This document shows positions 40,027 to 52,797 of a DNA stretch of 64,000 nucleotides, piece by piece. The translations under genes were made by a program, and so were the position numbers. Source of the DNA: Tubiluchus corallicola (lineage: Eukaryota > Animalia > Priapulida); contig JAQGDQ010000891.1 in assembly GCA_030141605.1 (NCBI GenBank), positions 1 through 64,000 on the forward strand. The letters are read 5' to 3'. Every line of letters starts with the position of its first letter. Position 1 is the first letter of the stretch. The notes beneath the pieces are model-generated. The model ran no database searches, was not told the DNA's origin, and saw nothing but the letters and a program-made list of their open reading frames with translations.

Positions 40027-40315
40027 CTGAAACAATTTGAAACACATTGCAACATTATAAGTAAACATTTCAAGAAATGACAAGTATTTCAGTAACATAA
40101 TTTTTGGGATGATTCCCGAGAATAACTGAAATCTACATATAAAGTTATGTTGCTACACATAAGTAACGTAAACTGTAACCTGACACCAACATCATCAAAA
40201 GTCCACTTATAGCCCAGTTATAGCGCATAACAGTTTGCTATAAAATTTACATAATCGTAACATGTAGAATAAAATTTCTGAGAATTTAAGTGCATTAAAA
40301 CCAGTTGAATATGTA

Positions 40316-40575
40316 CAGAGCCTATTTCAGCCTAGGCGAGGCCTGGGGAAGTGGGGCGTGTGAGACCCCATGGGGGGGGGGGGCGGTCGCTACCATGGTT
40401 GTCGCCCAGAAAATTTTTAACTGCTAGAATGCCGAAGAAGCATTTTCGAAGAGAAAATATGGAGTTATACAGTTGTTAAAGGAAAGAACAATTGAAAGAA
40501 AAACTGCTTTATTGTCAAGACCAGTCTTTAATACTTGTCAATACTAGCAAACGGTGCGCGTGTGCGGCAATAGAG

Positions 40576-40622
<47 letters not shown>

Positions 40623-40740
40623 GGGAGAGAGGAGGCAGTATGTTTGCATAAAGCAAAAAATATTACCTTCGCGCGAGGCCCCCTTGGAGGGTGAGGCCCC
40701 GGGGAAGTATCCCCATTTTCCCCCCTTGAAATAGGCCCTG
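40316..40740. mobile_element. hAT-like MITE with (AG)n, copy 2
   Basis: Perfect 8-bp TSD aatatgta; inverted relative to 24017-24419. Confidence 0.9.
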
Positions 40741-41618
40741 AATATGTAGCATGAGTAAGTGTGTGATACCCACTACTACAAATACAAATCGTGCAACCAA
40801 CAAAAAGACAAATTGCTACTATATCTTCTGATAGACAAAAGTTGTAAAACTCAGTGAGCAAAGATTAAGCATAAATATTTTACAATTTCTCTTTGCTATA
40901 AAAGTCATACGTGGAAAAGTAATATGTACGACCGGCATGAAAATAATGCAGAGGAAACCGTATCCCAACAACAATGGCAATTTGTTTTCACGGTAGAAGA
41001 AAAACTACTAATTTTCAAGAGTCAAGAGTTTATTCATTTCCACATTGCATCTTACAATTATCATTAAAATACAGATAATTATCCATTTAAGTAAATATAA
41101 ATATAAATAAATGCGGTATTATCGAGAAATTACAAAATGCAGCATATACATGTGCAAATTACATTACAGAATAATTTTGATGCATACAGTTTGAGCCTAA
41201 AAGCATAGCTTGACAGGCCAAACTGTACGTGGAAATCTTAAAAAAAAGTGGGGGGGAGTAGTGAATGAAAGATGAAATGGAGCGAGAACTAAGAAAAACT
41301 GTGATCATGATTATAAAGTGTTCAGTAACCTGTTGAGCAGAGTCACGTTATATTAAGATTACTGTGGAAAAAGAATGCAGGTGATTACCATTATCAAACT
41401 GTGTCACTCTCAATACTTTTGAAATATTTCTTTTCTGACGGTTTTTTTTTAAAGTTGAAAGGATAATAGTGAATAATGTTGAAAAGGTTTTTTTAAAAGT
41501 TGAAAGTTAATAATGAATTGATTCATACCCAAATGCTGTACCTTAACGACAGATAAAAGAACTTATCAAAAAGATAATCTACTGTTCCAGTTTAAGCAAA
41601 ATCTGTAACCTTACTTAC

Positions 41619-41659
41619 CGATCTTAATCCAGTAACACTAGAGACATTTACAATAGCAC
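41619..41659 (-). CDS. SDR exon 5
   Basis: (G)AIVNVSSVTGLRS, the catalytic Ser region; AG/GT boundaries. Confidence 0.9.
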
Positions 41660-41901
41660 CTAGGACAAAACAAAAAATGTAACTATAACAAACTTACAAA
41701 TACTACACGCATACATTATATCGCGGCCAGCTCTAGAAAGTTTGACAACCTAGACAAAAGCAATTTTAGCTCTCTCTCCTGAGAGATCTTCCCCATTGTC
41801 CCATCCCTTAAAATTGAATTTTTGTTGTGTATATATTATAATGGCCCCCGTGTGTTAGGTTTATATATCATGACAAACATAATATATTACCACAGTTTTA
41901 C

Positions 41902-42040
41902 CTTTTGTCTTTACTAAATAAGGTGCAGCTAAACTACTAAGATAAACGCATGTCCGAGTATTGATATTCATCTGTTCATCATATTTCTCCATTGTCATAC
42001 TCTGTACTGTGCCTCCAACGACTGTCCCAGCAGAATTTAC
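41902..42040 (-). CDS. SDR exon 4
   Basis: VNSAGTVVGGTVQSMTMEKYDEQMNINTRTCVYLSSLAAPYLVKTK(G); NNAG-equivalent motif. Confidence 0.9.
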
Positions 42041-42234
42041 CTAAACGATCATATCCAAACATAGCATATCCAGGACAAGGAGTGCGTGCCTTTTTGTTAG
42101 AATTTGCTTCAAAAGGTTTCTTTTTATCTTAGACATTAGTTTCCAGAGAACATGTTACGGAAATTTTTTATTTTATTGTTTCAATGCACTTGTACAAAAT
42201 CGTATTATATATGATGCTTTGCTGATAATAGATA

Positions 42235-42954
42235 CAGTCTAGCCTCGTTATCTCGCCACTGTCCGTCTAGGGCAAATTTTTGGCGAGAGGCGAGTATGGC
42301 GAGATAACGGGAATATAACGAAGTTAGTCTATGTGTATATACATAATAGTTGATTAACATAGTGTTCCTCTATGTACATATAAAATATATTTCACATTAT
42401 GATACCAATCAACATTAAATCAGAAATGAAAAAATGTCATAAAAATAATCTTAGAATGTTACTTTTTTATTTAAAAAATCTTTTTCGAGTATACACTTAA
42501 ATGTAATAAACTTAGCAAAAGATTTAGAAAAGTTCACAAATGAGTTACTGACGACTGAAATAATTCAGAAGAGACGACTGTTTCATTGATGATACACGCA
42601 AGCAGTCAACACGACGTTTAATCAAACACAATCCTTGGATATCGTCGCTTGTGACTCTGTGTTATAGAGTAAGGATATCGGTGACGCTTTAGTTTCTCTG
42701 CGCATTAATACCGCGATTATATTGATCGATACGCGGTATATGCATTGATCGAATCACCCCTGAGTTTGTCTGTTTGGCGACATAACGAATATAGTTTACA
42801 TAAGCACTCATCCTAGCATGACGTGGCGAGGGCGAGAAGCGAGGGTGGCGACTTAACGAGGTAAATATCAAAGTAGGAAATCCGTCCTGGTACTTTCTAT
42901 GGCGAGAAACGAGTTTGGCGGCATAACGAGGGGTGAGATAATGAGGCTAGACTG
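42235..42954. mobile_element. pogo/Tc1-like MITE family C, copy 1
   Basis: TIR cagtctagcctcgttatctc...gagataa(c/t)gaggctagactg, TA TSD; copies at 57203 and 61991. Confidence 0.92.
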
Positions 42955-43163
42955 TAATATAATATATATAGATAATATATATAAGAGAATATTACTTCAA
43001 AAAAAGAAATCAATTGAGAAATACAAAATATTATAATCAGTTTGATATTTAGAATATGTACATAGTGACAATACAATATGTAATACAATAGCGATACATG
43101 CATGACGTAAAACATTTTAGATTAACTTTGGCAGCAAAATTAAAACAGAACATCATAACTTAC

Positions 43164-43259
43164 TAACACATTAAGTACCCCTTGGTAATGTCCTATGCAC
43201 TCTTTAAACAACCTCTCCAATTCACTGTCAACTGTTAAATCTCCACAGGTAAGAAAAAC
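43164..43259 (-). CDS. SDR exon 3
   Basis: VFLTCGDLTVDSELERLFKECIGHYQGVLNVL; phase 0 at both ends. Confidence 0.85.
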
Positions 43260-43398
43260 CTTTCAAAATAAATAAGCTTATTAATCAAAGTACTTTATCA
43301 AAAAAATTAATATCAAAACAAGATTCCTAAAACTTAAATATGATAATTTATGAACCTAAACACAACAAAGTAACTAGAAATAAACCATTAAACTCTAA

Positions 43399-44185
43399 CG
43401 GTGCATTCACACTTGCTAGTTTTCTTGCCAAGTTAACTCGTCAAGCAACTCATAAGCATGTTCAGACAAGAAAGCAAAACTTGCTGGGAGATATTCTCCG
43501 ACATTAAGCATGAACTGACACTCTCTTCCCTATTCACTGCGAGAGTAACTTGCCGATGCATTCACACTAGACAATAACTCACAGGAAATCAACTCGCAGC
43601 AATTGTCACAGAGTTTGCAATAACTTGAGAACAGTAACTCGCAGCAACTGTCGCAGAGTTTGCAATAACTTGAGAACAGTAACTCGCAGCAACTGTCACA
43701 GAGTTTGCAATAACTTGCTGACAGTAACTCGCAGCAACTGTCGCAGAGTTTGCAATAACTTGCCGATAGTAACTCGCAGAGTTTGCAATAACTTGCCGAC
43801 AGTAACTCGCAGCAACTGTCGCAGAGTGTGCAATAACCTGCCGGCAGTAACTCGCAGCAACTGTCGCAGAGTGTGTAAAACTTGCCGACAGTAACTCGCA
43901 GCAACTGTGGCAGAGTGTGCAATAACTTGCCGACAGTAACTCGCAGCAACTGTCGCAGAGTTTGCAATAACTTGCCAGCAGTAACTCGCAGCAACTGTCG
44001 CAGAGTGTGCAATAACTTGCCGACAGTAACTCGCAGCCACTGTCGCAGAGTGTGCAATAACTTGCCGACAGTAACTCGCAGCAACAGTCACAGAGTGTGC
44101 AATAACTTGCCGACAGTAACTCGCAAAGCAGTTTACACTTGCGAATTTGCTGTCAGACAGAAAACTCATTGGTCTAAACGCCCCA
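43399..44185. mobile_element. PIF/Harbinger-like MITE containing a 45-bp minisatellite (~43590-44125)
   Basis: TAA on both flanks; termini ggtgcattcacac...ggtctaaacgccc; internal unit cagagtgtgcaataacttgccgacagtaactcgcagcaactgtcg, ~12 copies. Confidence 0.75.
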
Positions 44186-44395
44186 TAACAAATGATAAAA
44201 ATTTTAAAAAAATTGCAAAATTAGTTTCTCTTATGCAATCCAAGCTATTGCTAAGAACATGTGAGAAGTGGTAATTAGAAGACATAGCACCAGCACTACA
44301 GCATGAATGTTACATAGTAACAACTTGGCAACTTTGACGCAACATTTGAGAAATAAAACAATTGAAACAAATGCCCAACACTTAGTAGAGCTTAC

Positions 44396-44535
44396 ATTCT
44401 CGGAAGAAAGTCCAGCTGCGACACATTCTTGTTTTGTCTGTTCAAGTGCCGACTGCACACGTCCGGTCAGCGCTAGCCGAGCACCTAACGAAGCAAAGTA
44501 GATGGCAGTACCTCGACCTATACCCGAACTTGCAC
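44396..44535 (-). CDS. SDR exon 2
   Basis: (G)ASSGIGRGTAIYFASLGARLALTGRVQSALEQTKQECVAAGLSSEN; completes the TGxxxGIG Rossmann motif. Confidence 0.92.
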
Positions 44536-46042
44536 CTACACAGTCACAACAAATAAGAAAAGGCATTACCACTTAGCTGCTAACATGTGAATTGCTAAAT
44601 AAATTATTAAGTTTAGTATACTAGCAGATACTATAGTAGTATGTCAGAAAACTTCAAGATTTCTCAGGTCACACTTTTCCTTATCGTAATTTTATACATT
44701 TCTTTTTATAATGCTACTTGTGGAAATTGTAACTGTATTTTTAGGTGCTGCCATCTATTAACTAATCCTTTTACATTTTACTAGCTAAACTCACCCCTAG
44801 TATAATTGTACGGTCCAGTGAATGCATATTCACTGGATCTCTCCCTATTTTACAGTAATGGTTTTTGTGAAGCCAAGTTTGCATAATTACTTATACCTAT
44901 ATATGCTGACTGGATTTACTTTCTAGTCACTGTCTCACTCTCAGTGTTCAGTGCAGGACACTCTTGTTCTCAGTGTTCAGTGCAGCAGTCGTGTTAATCA
45001 TGTTACTGTCTAACTCTTGTTCTCAGTGTTCAGTGCAGCAGTCATTCTACATATGTGTATGTAGTCTAATAAACACTTTTCAGTTTTGTGCAAATATGTA
45101 GTATAGTTGTTTTATTCTTTTTCTACAAAGTGATTCATCTACAACCTCAAACATGACTTTCACACTACTTTAAAACATCTAAGCACTGTCAGTCTATAAA
45201 TCCAAATGTTTTAATAATATTAACAGGTTCATCAATGTCTATGAAGCCAATCATTGACCTTCAGGACAATTCTGTCAACCAACGAAGCTGTCTTATATGC
45301 CATTAATGACGTAAGGTTAACTGTCTGCCTGATTAGGGTCTGCAGCAGTTCTCTTGTTGATATCAGGATCATAAAAGACAGGAAGGCTCAATGAGTGTTG
45401 TTATGCTGCAAATTTTCGCTTTACTTCTGTCTCGCTGTCAAACCTGCCAACCCCCCCCCCCCCCCATGTTACCAAACCCGCCACACTGCTAGGAATGCTG
45501 AATCCTCCACGGAGCCAAACTTGCCAGACTTATAGAAGCTTTAATAGGATGCTACATTATTTTTGAGAGCATGATTTCATAGAGCGGCCAACTACCACAT
45601 CATATGTCCATTTTCATGCATTTAAAAAATAAGCATCTCCTCTAACCCTAACTATAAAACTAAAGGAAATACCGTGGGATATTAATCATACTGTGAGTAT
45701 AGTCTTCCTTCCTTTTCTTCTCTTCTGTTCTTTCTACTTGTCTTTTCTTTGTATTTTTCTTGCTCTACCTCTCTTTCTACCCCTTTTTTCTTCCATCAAT
45801 TTTTTCTTTCTATCTATCTTTCTTTGTTCATTTCGAAGTTTCTTCAATTATATTTTTTCTCGTTTTCTTTTCTCTTCTTCTTTTGCTCATTCCTTTCCTT
45901 TTCCATTCCTTCGTTTCTCTCTTTTTCCTTTCTTTCATTCCGCGTTTTCCGTACATTAACATTAAGAAGATTTAATATAAATTTAACTGGAAAAGGGAAA
46001 GGCACTCAGGAGCACTTAAAAATTGTTGACTTGTGTTGTAGC

Positions 46043-46201
46043 AAACATCATCAACTCAAAATGATTATAAACATCATCAACTCAAAATGATGATAAACAT
46101 CATCAACTCAAAATGATGATAAACATCATCAACTCAAAATGATGATAAACATCATCAACTCAAAATGATGATAAACATCATCAACTCAAAATGATGATAA
46201 A
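46043..46201. repeat. 26-bp tandem repeat, ~6 copies
   Basis: Unit aaacatcatcaactcaaaatgatgat. Confidence 0.92.
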
Positions 46202-47236
46202 TAGCAGAATGATGCAAGTTGGCTTTATTCACTCTGCGACATAAAGTTTTTATGATTAATAGTGGCAAAATATTTTCTCGTGAACCAAAATGGCGTCTTA
46301 TTAATGCCGTTCACTGCTACTACGTATGTCACGTAAAATTTCACACGGCAACACACGTGTAGGTCGCATAGCCTCTGCATCGATTAAGCCCGTACGCACA
46401 CCATCGAGGGGGACTACAGAGCACACAATAGCAAATTCAAGCAAAAATCAATACTTAAATTTTCAATGAATTTTAATCTTTGAGATTTTGCAAATCAGAC
46501 ATTAATGCAGATAACAAATTATAATACATTTTAGATATTTAGAAATGCAAAACAATGAGAGCAGAAGCAATACTCTAGAAACTTTTAGACTTTCAACACT
46601 GAACGTTCAATTAAAGGAAAGATCAAGCCTTCTAGGAGGTTAGGCTTATTTCAATGTTCACGAAAAATGTTAGAAGGATTTAGTAATAATACATAAATCT
46701 CCTGTCAATGTGCTTATTCCATTTTATACTGCAGCTCAGTCAGTAAGTTTCTGTCTTCAAAAGTGAAACAAAATTGAAAAATAGCACCAGGAGAGCATGC
46801 CAATCACAAAGGTATACAAAGAAGCTAGAAAATGGCTTTAATAGTGCCATTCAATGTAATTTTAACTTTACAGTAGATTTACAACTTTACAGTACATTTA
46901 CATCTAACACAGAGGTAGATAAATATAGTCACTTCAAAAGTATCAAATGCCAAAACGAATTTTTTTCAGTAAATGTCCAACCTGTTGTCGAGACATTGAA
47001 AGTAAGTTTAAAAAAATATTTATTTATTAATGTTAAGTAGATGCCCACTTTCTTGACATTAGTGCATAGATAAAGAGTCTTCTATAAGAGTAGTGGTTTC
47101 ACCAGTATCTTTGATTTGTATGATCTTCAAACACGTTGCAAAAACTACTGTCTAAACTGCAAGCTAACCAGTAAACATATTTTGCGACTTGAATAGCTGA
47201 TACTGATCATTTTATTAAAAAATAAAATCAAATAAC

Positions 47237-47297
47237 CTGTGATTAAGCAGACTTTGCCCTTCAAATCACTCAATGGAGTCGCCCCATTTCCAGACAT
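47237..47297 (-). CDS. SDR exon 1 (start codon)
   Basis: MSGNGATPLSDLKGKVCLIT(G); the nine exons total 807 nt = 268 aa + stop with all phases consistent. Confidence 0.88.
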
Positions 47298-48889
47298 TGT
47301 AAAACTGGAATGTTCAAACTTCAAACAATTTGTCTTCTGAAAAGCATTACGGTAATGAAGTATTAAATACCAAATGTATTTTTATAGCAATGAGCTAGAA
47401 AAAAGTTTCTAGCAAAAATGCAGTTATGAGCAAATAAACTAAAAAAAGTATTTGATAAATTAGGTTTTCCCATACTTCCAGGGTTTTTCCCAGACATTCT
47501 CTCCTTTTCACAGTAAAAGCCAGGAGGGTGTTTCATTTATCTAAATGGATAGGTGACAGGATGGACGACAGGCAATGATCTTGGATTTGGCTTCTTACTG
47601 TCATCCATGGCACACAGAGATAGACATAACCTTCATCTTCATCAATACTGTTTACTTTTACTCATCTATAAAATGTATATACTTATTTTTGTGTTTGATG
47701 ATAAATAAGCAAATAAATAATTATGTCCGAAATTTGCCCAAGCTCGTAAATAAACGAATGCAAACCATGAAACAGTTTTTGTCTAGCAGTTGTAGTTTTA
47801 TCTTCAACCGAAAAGGGTGTTACAAATGCGAATTCATAGATATCTATATTGCGTAATCCCTAGATAGAAAGCGCACAACACTTCGTCATATTACGGTAAG
47901 CGAGTCATGCTTTATTACTATAGCGTAAACAGAAGCATACTACAAATAAAGCAAACAAACTATTAATTGGTAGCTTATGCGACATACAGCACTATATCAA
48001 AGCTAACAATTTGCAAGGCAATAAAAGGAGACTAACTAATATTTACAGTGCAACTATTATATCATGAAGAAAAATGGTACCGAAGAAAAACGGTACGGTT
48101 ACAGGCTGTATAATGCCATATCACCATTTTCATGAAGTGGGTATGTACTTTTCAATGATGTGTAGGACACATGGTCAAACGCCGTATGTCGTAAAAATTG
48201 TCAAAATCCGTATGTTTTGTAAATGTCACAAGAAGCACGGATCCGTATTTGTTGCAAAAACAGCTACCAATACGGATCCGTATCGCAGATAAAAACGAGT
48301 ACGGGTCCGTACCTCCAGCTACTGCCTTCGTTGAAAGTGATTCGTTAAATTCGTTGAAAGTGATTAAGGACAATTGGCTAAGCCTATGAAGTGTGATAAA
48401 TAAATTATCTCATGAATTACAATTGTAAGCAGCTTTCAGCCAAAACAATCTGCAAAGATAATGACTTCTAGTAAAAAAAGGATAAAATAAACACGAATAA
48501 ACTGATTTACACGGGTACAACTTTTTTGTCGTCACGTGAGTGCCGGCATCCACACCAATATGCACTATCTTTAACACCGATCTTACGTTGAAAGCAAAAG
48601 TCAAAACTCACCTTTACCTCATCATTGCAGCTACCTCCATCATCTGGTCTATTATTGTGGCTTTAATTTTGGTAGCTATTGTGTAAGGAACACAAAACTG
48701 GGTTATACACTTAATCTCTACACAACTTTTTTGTTGCGCCCGCACTTTAACTACAATGACTATAATGATTTGATAGTTATAATACACATACGTAGAGCAA
48801 AAACATGGGCATCTATAACTAAGGGGATTAGTATCATGCTAGAACACGCAGTGATTGCATGTTTCTCATGAATCCAATCTGTATTTCGT

Positions 48890-49640
48890 TTTTAAATGGG
48901 ATTAACATACGGTTGTGTGGCCTCAGAAAACTGATTATAGTGATTGACTGTAACTGCTTCCATAGCCTATTGAGGTAATTAAAACATCCCACAAGTCAAC
49001 TATCCTATGGCAGGAAAAGCATTTTCTTAAATCCAGCTTAGCACTTTTTTGCCTTGCATCATCCTCTCGAGTTTCTTAAATGTGAAGAAGTTTCCAACAT
49101 CCACATTAGCAGTTCTTTTAATGACTGAAAACTTGTATTAAATCAGCACGTGTCCTTCTAGTTAATAGTGCATGCAGACCTAGACTCTTTAGTCACTGCC
49201 AATATGGAACATTCTTTAAATCTTCAATCATTTTTGTAGCCCTCCTTTGAGCACCCTCGATCAAACATATTATCTTTAATAAGGTACAGATTCCAAACAG
49301 GACTAGCGTGTTCCTTAATTGGATGGACTTTGGATTTATACAGCGTGATGAGTATGTTTGAATTTTTTATGAATAATGAATGTTCTGTTTAGCATACCAA
49401 GTATCATGTTTGCTTTTTTGACTTTTATGGAGATGAGCTTTGCAGGTTTTGCGTCAGATGATACAATGACGCCTAAGTCAGTCTCTTCCTGAGCTATGTT
49501 TAATGAAGTGTTATTAAGCATATGATGTTGGTGTGGATTTGAGAACCCTATTGTGCATTAATTCACATTTATGTTCATTGAATAACATTTGCCATTCTCA
49601 TAAATATTAATAATATTCAGTTGTATTTTCAGTATTGTGC
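48890..49640 (-). pseudogene. Degenerate CR1-group LINE ORF2 (RT C-terminal) fragment
   Basis: EETDLGVIVSSDAK...VKKANMILGMLNRTF, followed by frameshifted RRATKMI-like sequence; many stops. Confidence 0.8.
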
Positions 49641-51556
49641 AAAAAGCGATTCACAGCGGCTGTACTAATATTTCTATCAGCTTTTGTACATCCACATAAA
49701 GGAGAAAACCTACTTGCTATTTGCTACTAACATCAACTTAGTTGAACTTACACATACTAGGAGGTATCAATAAACTAAACCGACTCGCGGAGACTGTATT
49801 AAGAAGATTTTTTCTTTTGCTGGTCCAGCAGCCTGCTCTATTAGTAATAGGTCGGTCTTACTGTCTTTTATTTACAGAAACATTTAGTTATTTATTAACT
49901 GTATTTAGGAAATATAATTATATGATGTAACCAAAGCTGGAATTTCTTCTACAAACTCAGAAAACCACACCACATTTTCATTCTACTGCTGTATCAAAAC
50001 TAGGTAAAAAGCATTAGGCTATATGACCTACCTAGGCTATACTTAGGCTAGCTGGTCTATTCTATGGGACTCATAAGACTACTGACAGTACTGTGTTGTA
50101 CTGTTATAGAATCTGGTTACTCTATCGTTTTAACGCTCCCGGCCAACAGGGAAAAGGTCGACATTTGGGTTGACAAATCTTTTCGGGCCAGTGTATGCGA
50201 AAAAGCTGACCTTTGATTCGAGTTTGCTATCTATTTCTCAATTTTGTACACCGCCTGAAACTTTTGTTTTCAGCTCACAACTTTTAATTGTTTAATTATG
50301 GCTAGGTGTAATTGTTGGTTCTTGTTATGTCATACTGTTCTCAATGCTGACATTGTATTTTGTGAAATACTGAAAATCTCATTAGGCTTATTACAGTAAT
50401 AATTATTTATGATTGGCAGAGTATTACAATAAGAAAACTTGAAATCACACGACCTTTGATGGTCCCTGGATTGACCTATTTAGGATTTATCCGACATTGT
50501 AATGTCACTAATGGTCCTGAAGCACCGGAACTGCACAAATTTCGCCAAAATAAACCATTTATCTAACACTGTACAGAAGTTTTATAGAAGCAGACGCTTC
50601 AGCTTAAAGTGTTAACGTACAGCTGACTCCAACCGGGACACCCAGATTGGGCAGAAGCTAGCAATAAATAGTAATGCCTACGTCACAAGTAGGATGTAAC
50701 CAGTGTGACAGAGGGGAGTGTTGGCACAATTGAAGCCGTAGTGCTCTTTCAACATTTTGAGTCGACAGATTTTCAGTATCATTTGGCATGTAGTTGTGCA
50801 TGTATTACATGTGTTACACAGTTTTAGGTTGCAAGAAATTTAAGATTACGATGTAGAACAGACTTGCTACTTTCTAATAACTTTCTTTCGATTGAATGAA
50901 GCAAAACAAGTCATTTATTTCACATTACACATTTACAATGGTTACATACACAATATCTAGTGAAAGGGCCTACAATGAACATAATACAAATAAGAAATAC
51001 TGCACAGGAAAAGGCTCAAACACTGTTCACTTATACACGAAGGTAAATGTGTTGCGGCCAATCAAAAAGCAGGGCTTGTTAGATTGTCCCACACAGTGAT
51101 AGAAAAAAAATAATGGAAATAATCTGAAAATTTAAAGTGAATTGTGATAAAAAAACATTAGTACTTAAAATAGAATGATGTAATGAATGAAGCTCATGTA
51201 TGGGATGATATAAAAGATAGAAAGACTATTATTTGTTAATAGTATGTAAAATTAAGATGACTTGATTAAACTAACACCACTGTTTTGCAACTACTATGAG
51301 GATGGATACTGATAGAAATTTTTGATTACTTGCTGATACTTACTTAAAATGTGATTTTTTAGCATTTTTTTAAATCTAGTAATAGATCTGCTATTTTTTG
51401 CGGATTGACAAATCTCATTCCAGACTTTTTGTTCCTTGATATATTATAAAATGTTGTTGCTTTCAAAGTTGAAATGTAACTGCATTTATAATGTAAGTGA
51501 TTTTCTTTTTCTTATGTTTCAAGTTGCAATATTTAAGCTGAGTCAGTAAATTGATC

Positions 51557-51634
51557 ATGTCAACAGCAGCAAGTCTGGCAAGAATATCTCATTGTATTAC
51601 GGCGTCACGAGCAACATTATGTAAGCCACCCCAG
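51557..51634 (+). CDS. NDUFV3: NDUFV3-like, exon 1 (mitochondrial targeting peptide)
   Basis: MSTAASLARISHCITASRATLCKPPQ|gtatga; Ser/Ala/Arg-rich, no acidic residues; phase 0 matches the next exon. Confidence 0.7.
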
Positions 51635-51679
51635 GTATGAATTTTGAAAAATTCATTTTATTTATCTGCATTTTGTTAT

Positions 51680-51962
51680 TAGTAATAATAATAATAATAA
51701 TAACAATCTTTATTTAAAGTCGGCTTTTTGGGTCAACAATTAACATTAGCTGAAAGAGCTATTATCGCCGACTGTAAATAACAACCTACAACTACATAAC
51801 AGAGACTATTATTACCCCACTTTTACCCTAAATATCACGCGTCAGGCAGGGCAACAGCAGGTACCATTTTTAAAGTCTTTGGTATGACCCGGACGCTGAT
51901 TCGAACTCACGACCTCCCAGACGGAAAGCAGACTCATTACCACTAGACTAAACCATCTGGTC
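51680..51962 (-). mobile_element. tRNA-derived SINE, copy 2, with short (ATT)n tail
   Basis: Closely similar to 34771-35168; A/B boxes; ggtcataccaaagactttaaaaatggtacc domain. Confidence 0.85.
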
Positions 51963-52252
51963 GAAGTGCTAAATTTCTAATTTATTCTGGTTTCTCCAGC
52001 CCTTTCATAAAAGGTAATTTTACAGTTGTATGTTTGTCTTTCAATTTTTTTGTTTCATGACACAGATTGTCTACAAATATAACTTGTTGTGCCAAGGCAC
52101 AAGCAGATTTGCCAACTCTCACACATTAGATGCATTTGGACTTACACGTACTAAATTTCAATTCTCGCACATTCCACAACTTCATACACAAATTTGCAAT
52201 TTGCCGGGCTTCTTTTGCTATGACTACCAACCACAATTCAATTAGCGGTACT

Positions 52253-52797
52253 GGTTGGCATCCTTCTGTCTCGGAAGACAATGGAGTGTGCGCCAAGAGA
52301 ATCAGTTATTGATCACATTGATGGAGCTGCAGTGTCGACTGTGGCTGAGTAGTCCGATCTTTGAACGTCTCCAGTGCGCACGCCTGGGCAAGGTGTATGG
52401 AGATCCTGAGTTGCCCAGACAACAGGAACCCCCTCTCTTCCTCCCTGGTGTAGTCAAAAGGAAAGTGGAGCGATACGTTTGGCACCAGGTTGGCTGCAGG
52501 AGCTGCCGGAGTCTGTGAGCATGCTGCACTGGTCCGCCTTCGGGGCTCCACTCCTGTTTTGGAAGGTTTACTCCTCTACACATGGCCATTGAGTCACTTG
52601 ACCTCCTCCACCCTCTAGCCGTTGGTTGCTTGTGCAGCTCCTCCGCCTAGTGTCGAGATACAGTGTGGGCATCTCGCAAGCCTACAGCACCTGGTATTCC
52701 TAGGCGGTCACCCATCCAAGTACTAACCAGGCTCTACGTTGCTTAACTTCGGTGATCATACGAGAACCGGTGTTTTCAACGTGATTTGGCCGTAGAC
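52253..52797 (-). mobile_element. 5S rRNA-derived SINE (SINE3), ~545 bp, 13-bp TSD
   Basis: 5S head joined without a T-run terminator to a ~425-bp GC-richer body; flanks aattagcggtact (52240-52252) and aattagtggtact (52798-52810). Confidence 0.88.
52678..52797 (-). rRNA. 5S rRNA sequence (full-length 120 nt; head of the SINE, probably not a functional rDNA copy)
   Basis: GTCTACGGCCAAATCACGTTGAAAACACCGGTTCTCG...CCGAAGTTAAGCAACG...TTAGTACTTGGATGGGTGACCGCCTAGGAATACCAGGTGCTGTAGGCTT; terminal stem GTCTAC/GTAGGC. Confidence 0.85.

Noticed and set aside
52255-52589. ORFs of 81-95 aa in the GC-rich segment
   Set aside because: They lie within the SINE body and show no recognisable protein motifs.
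52678-52797. Functional stand-alone 5S rRNA gene
   Set aside because: Single copy, no downstream oligo-T terminator, a few substitutions at normally conserved positions, and fused to a body enclosed by a TSD.
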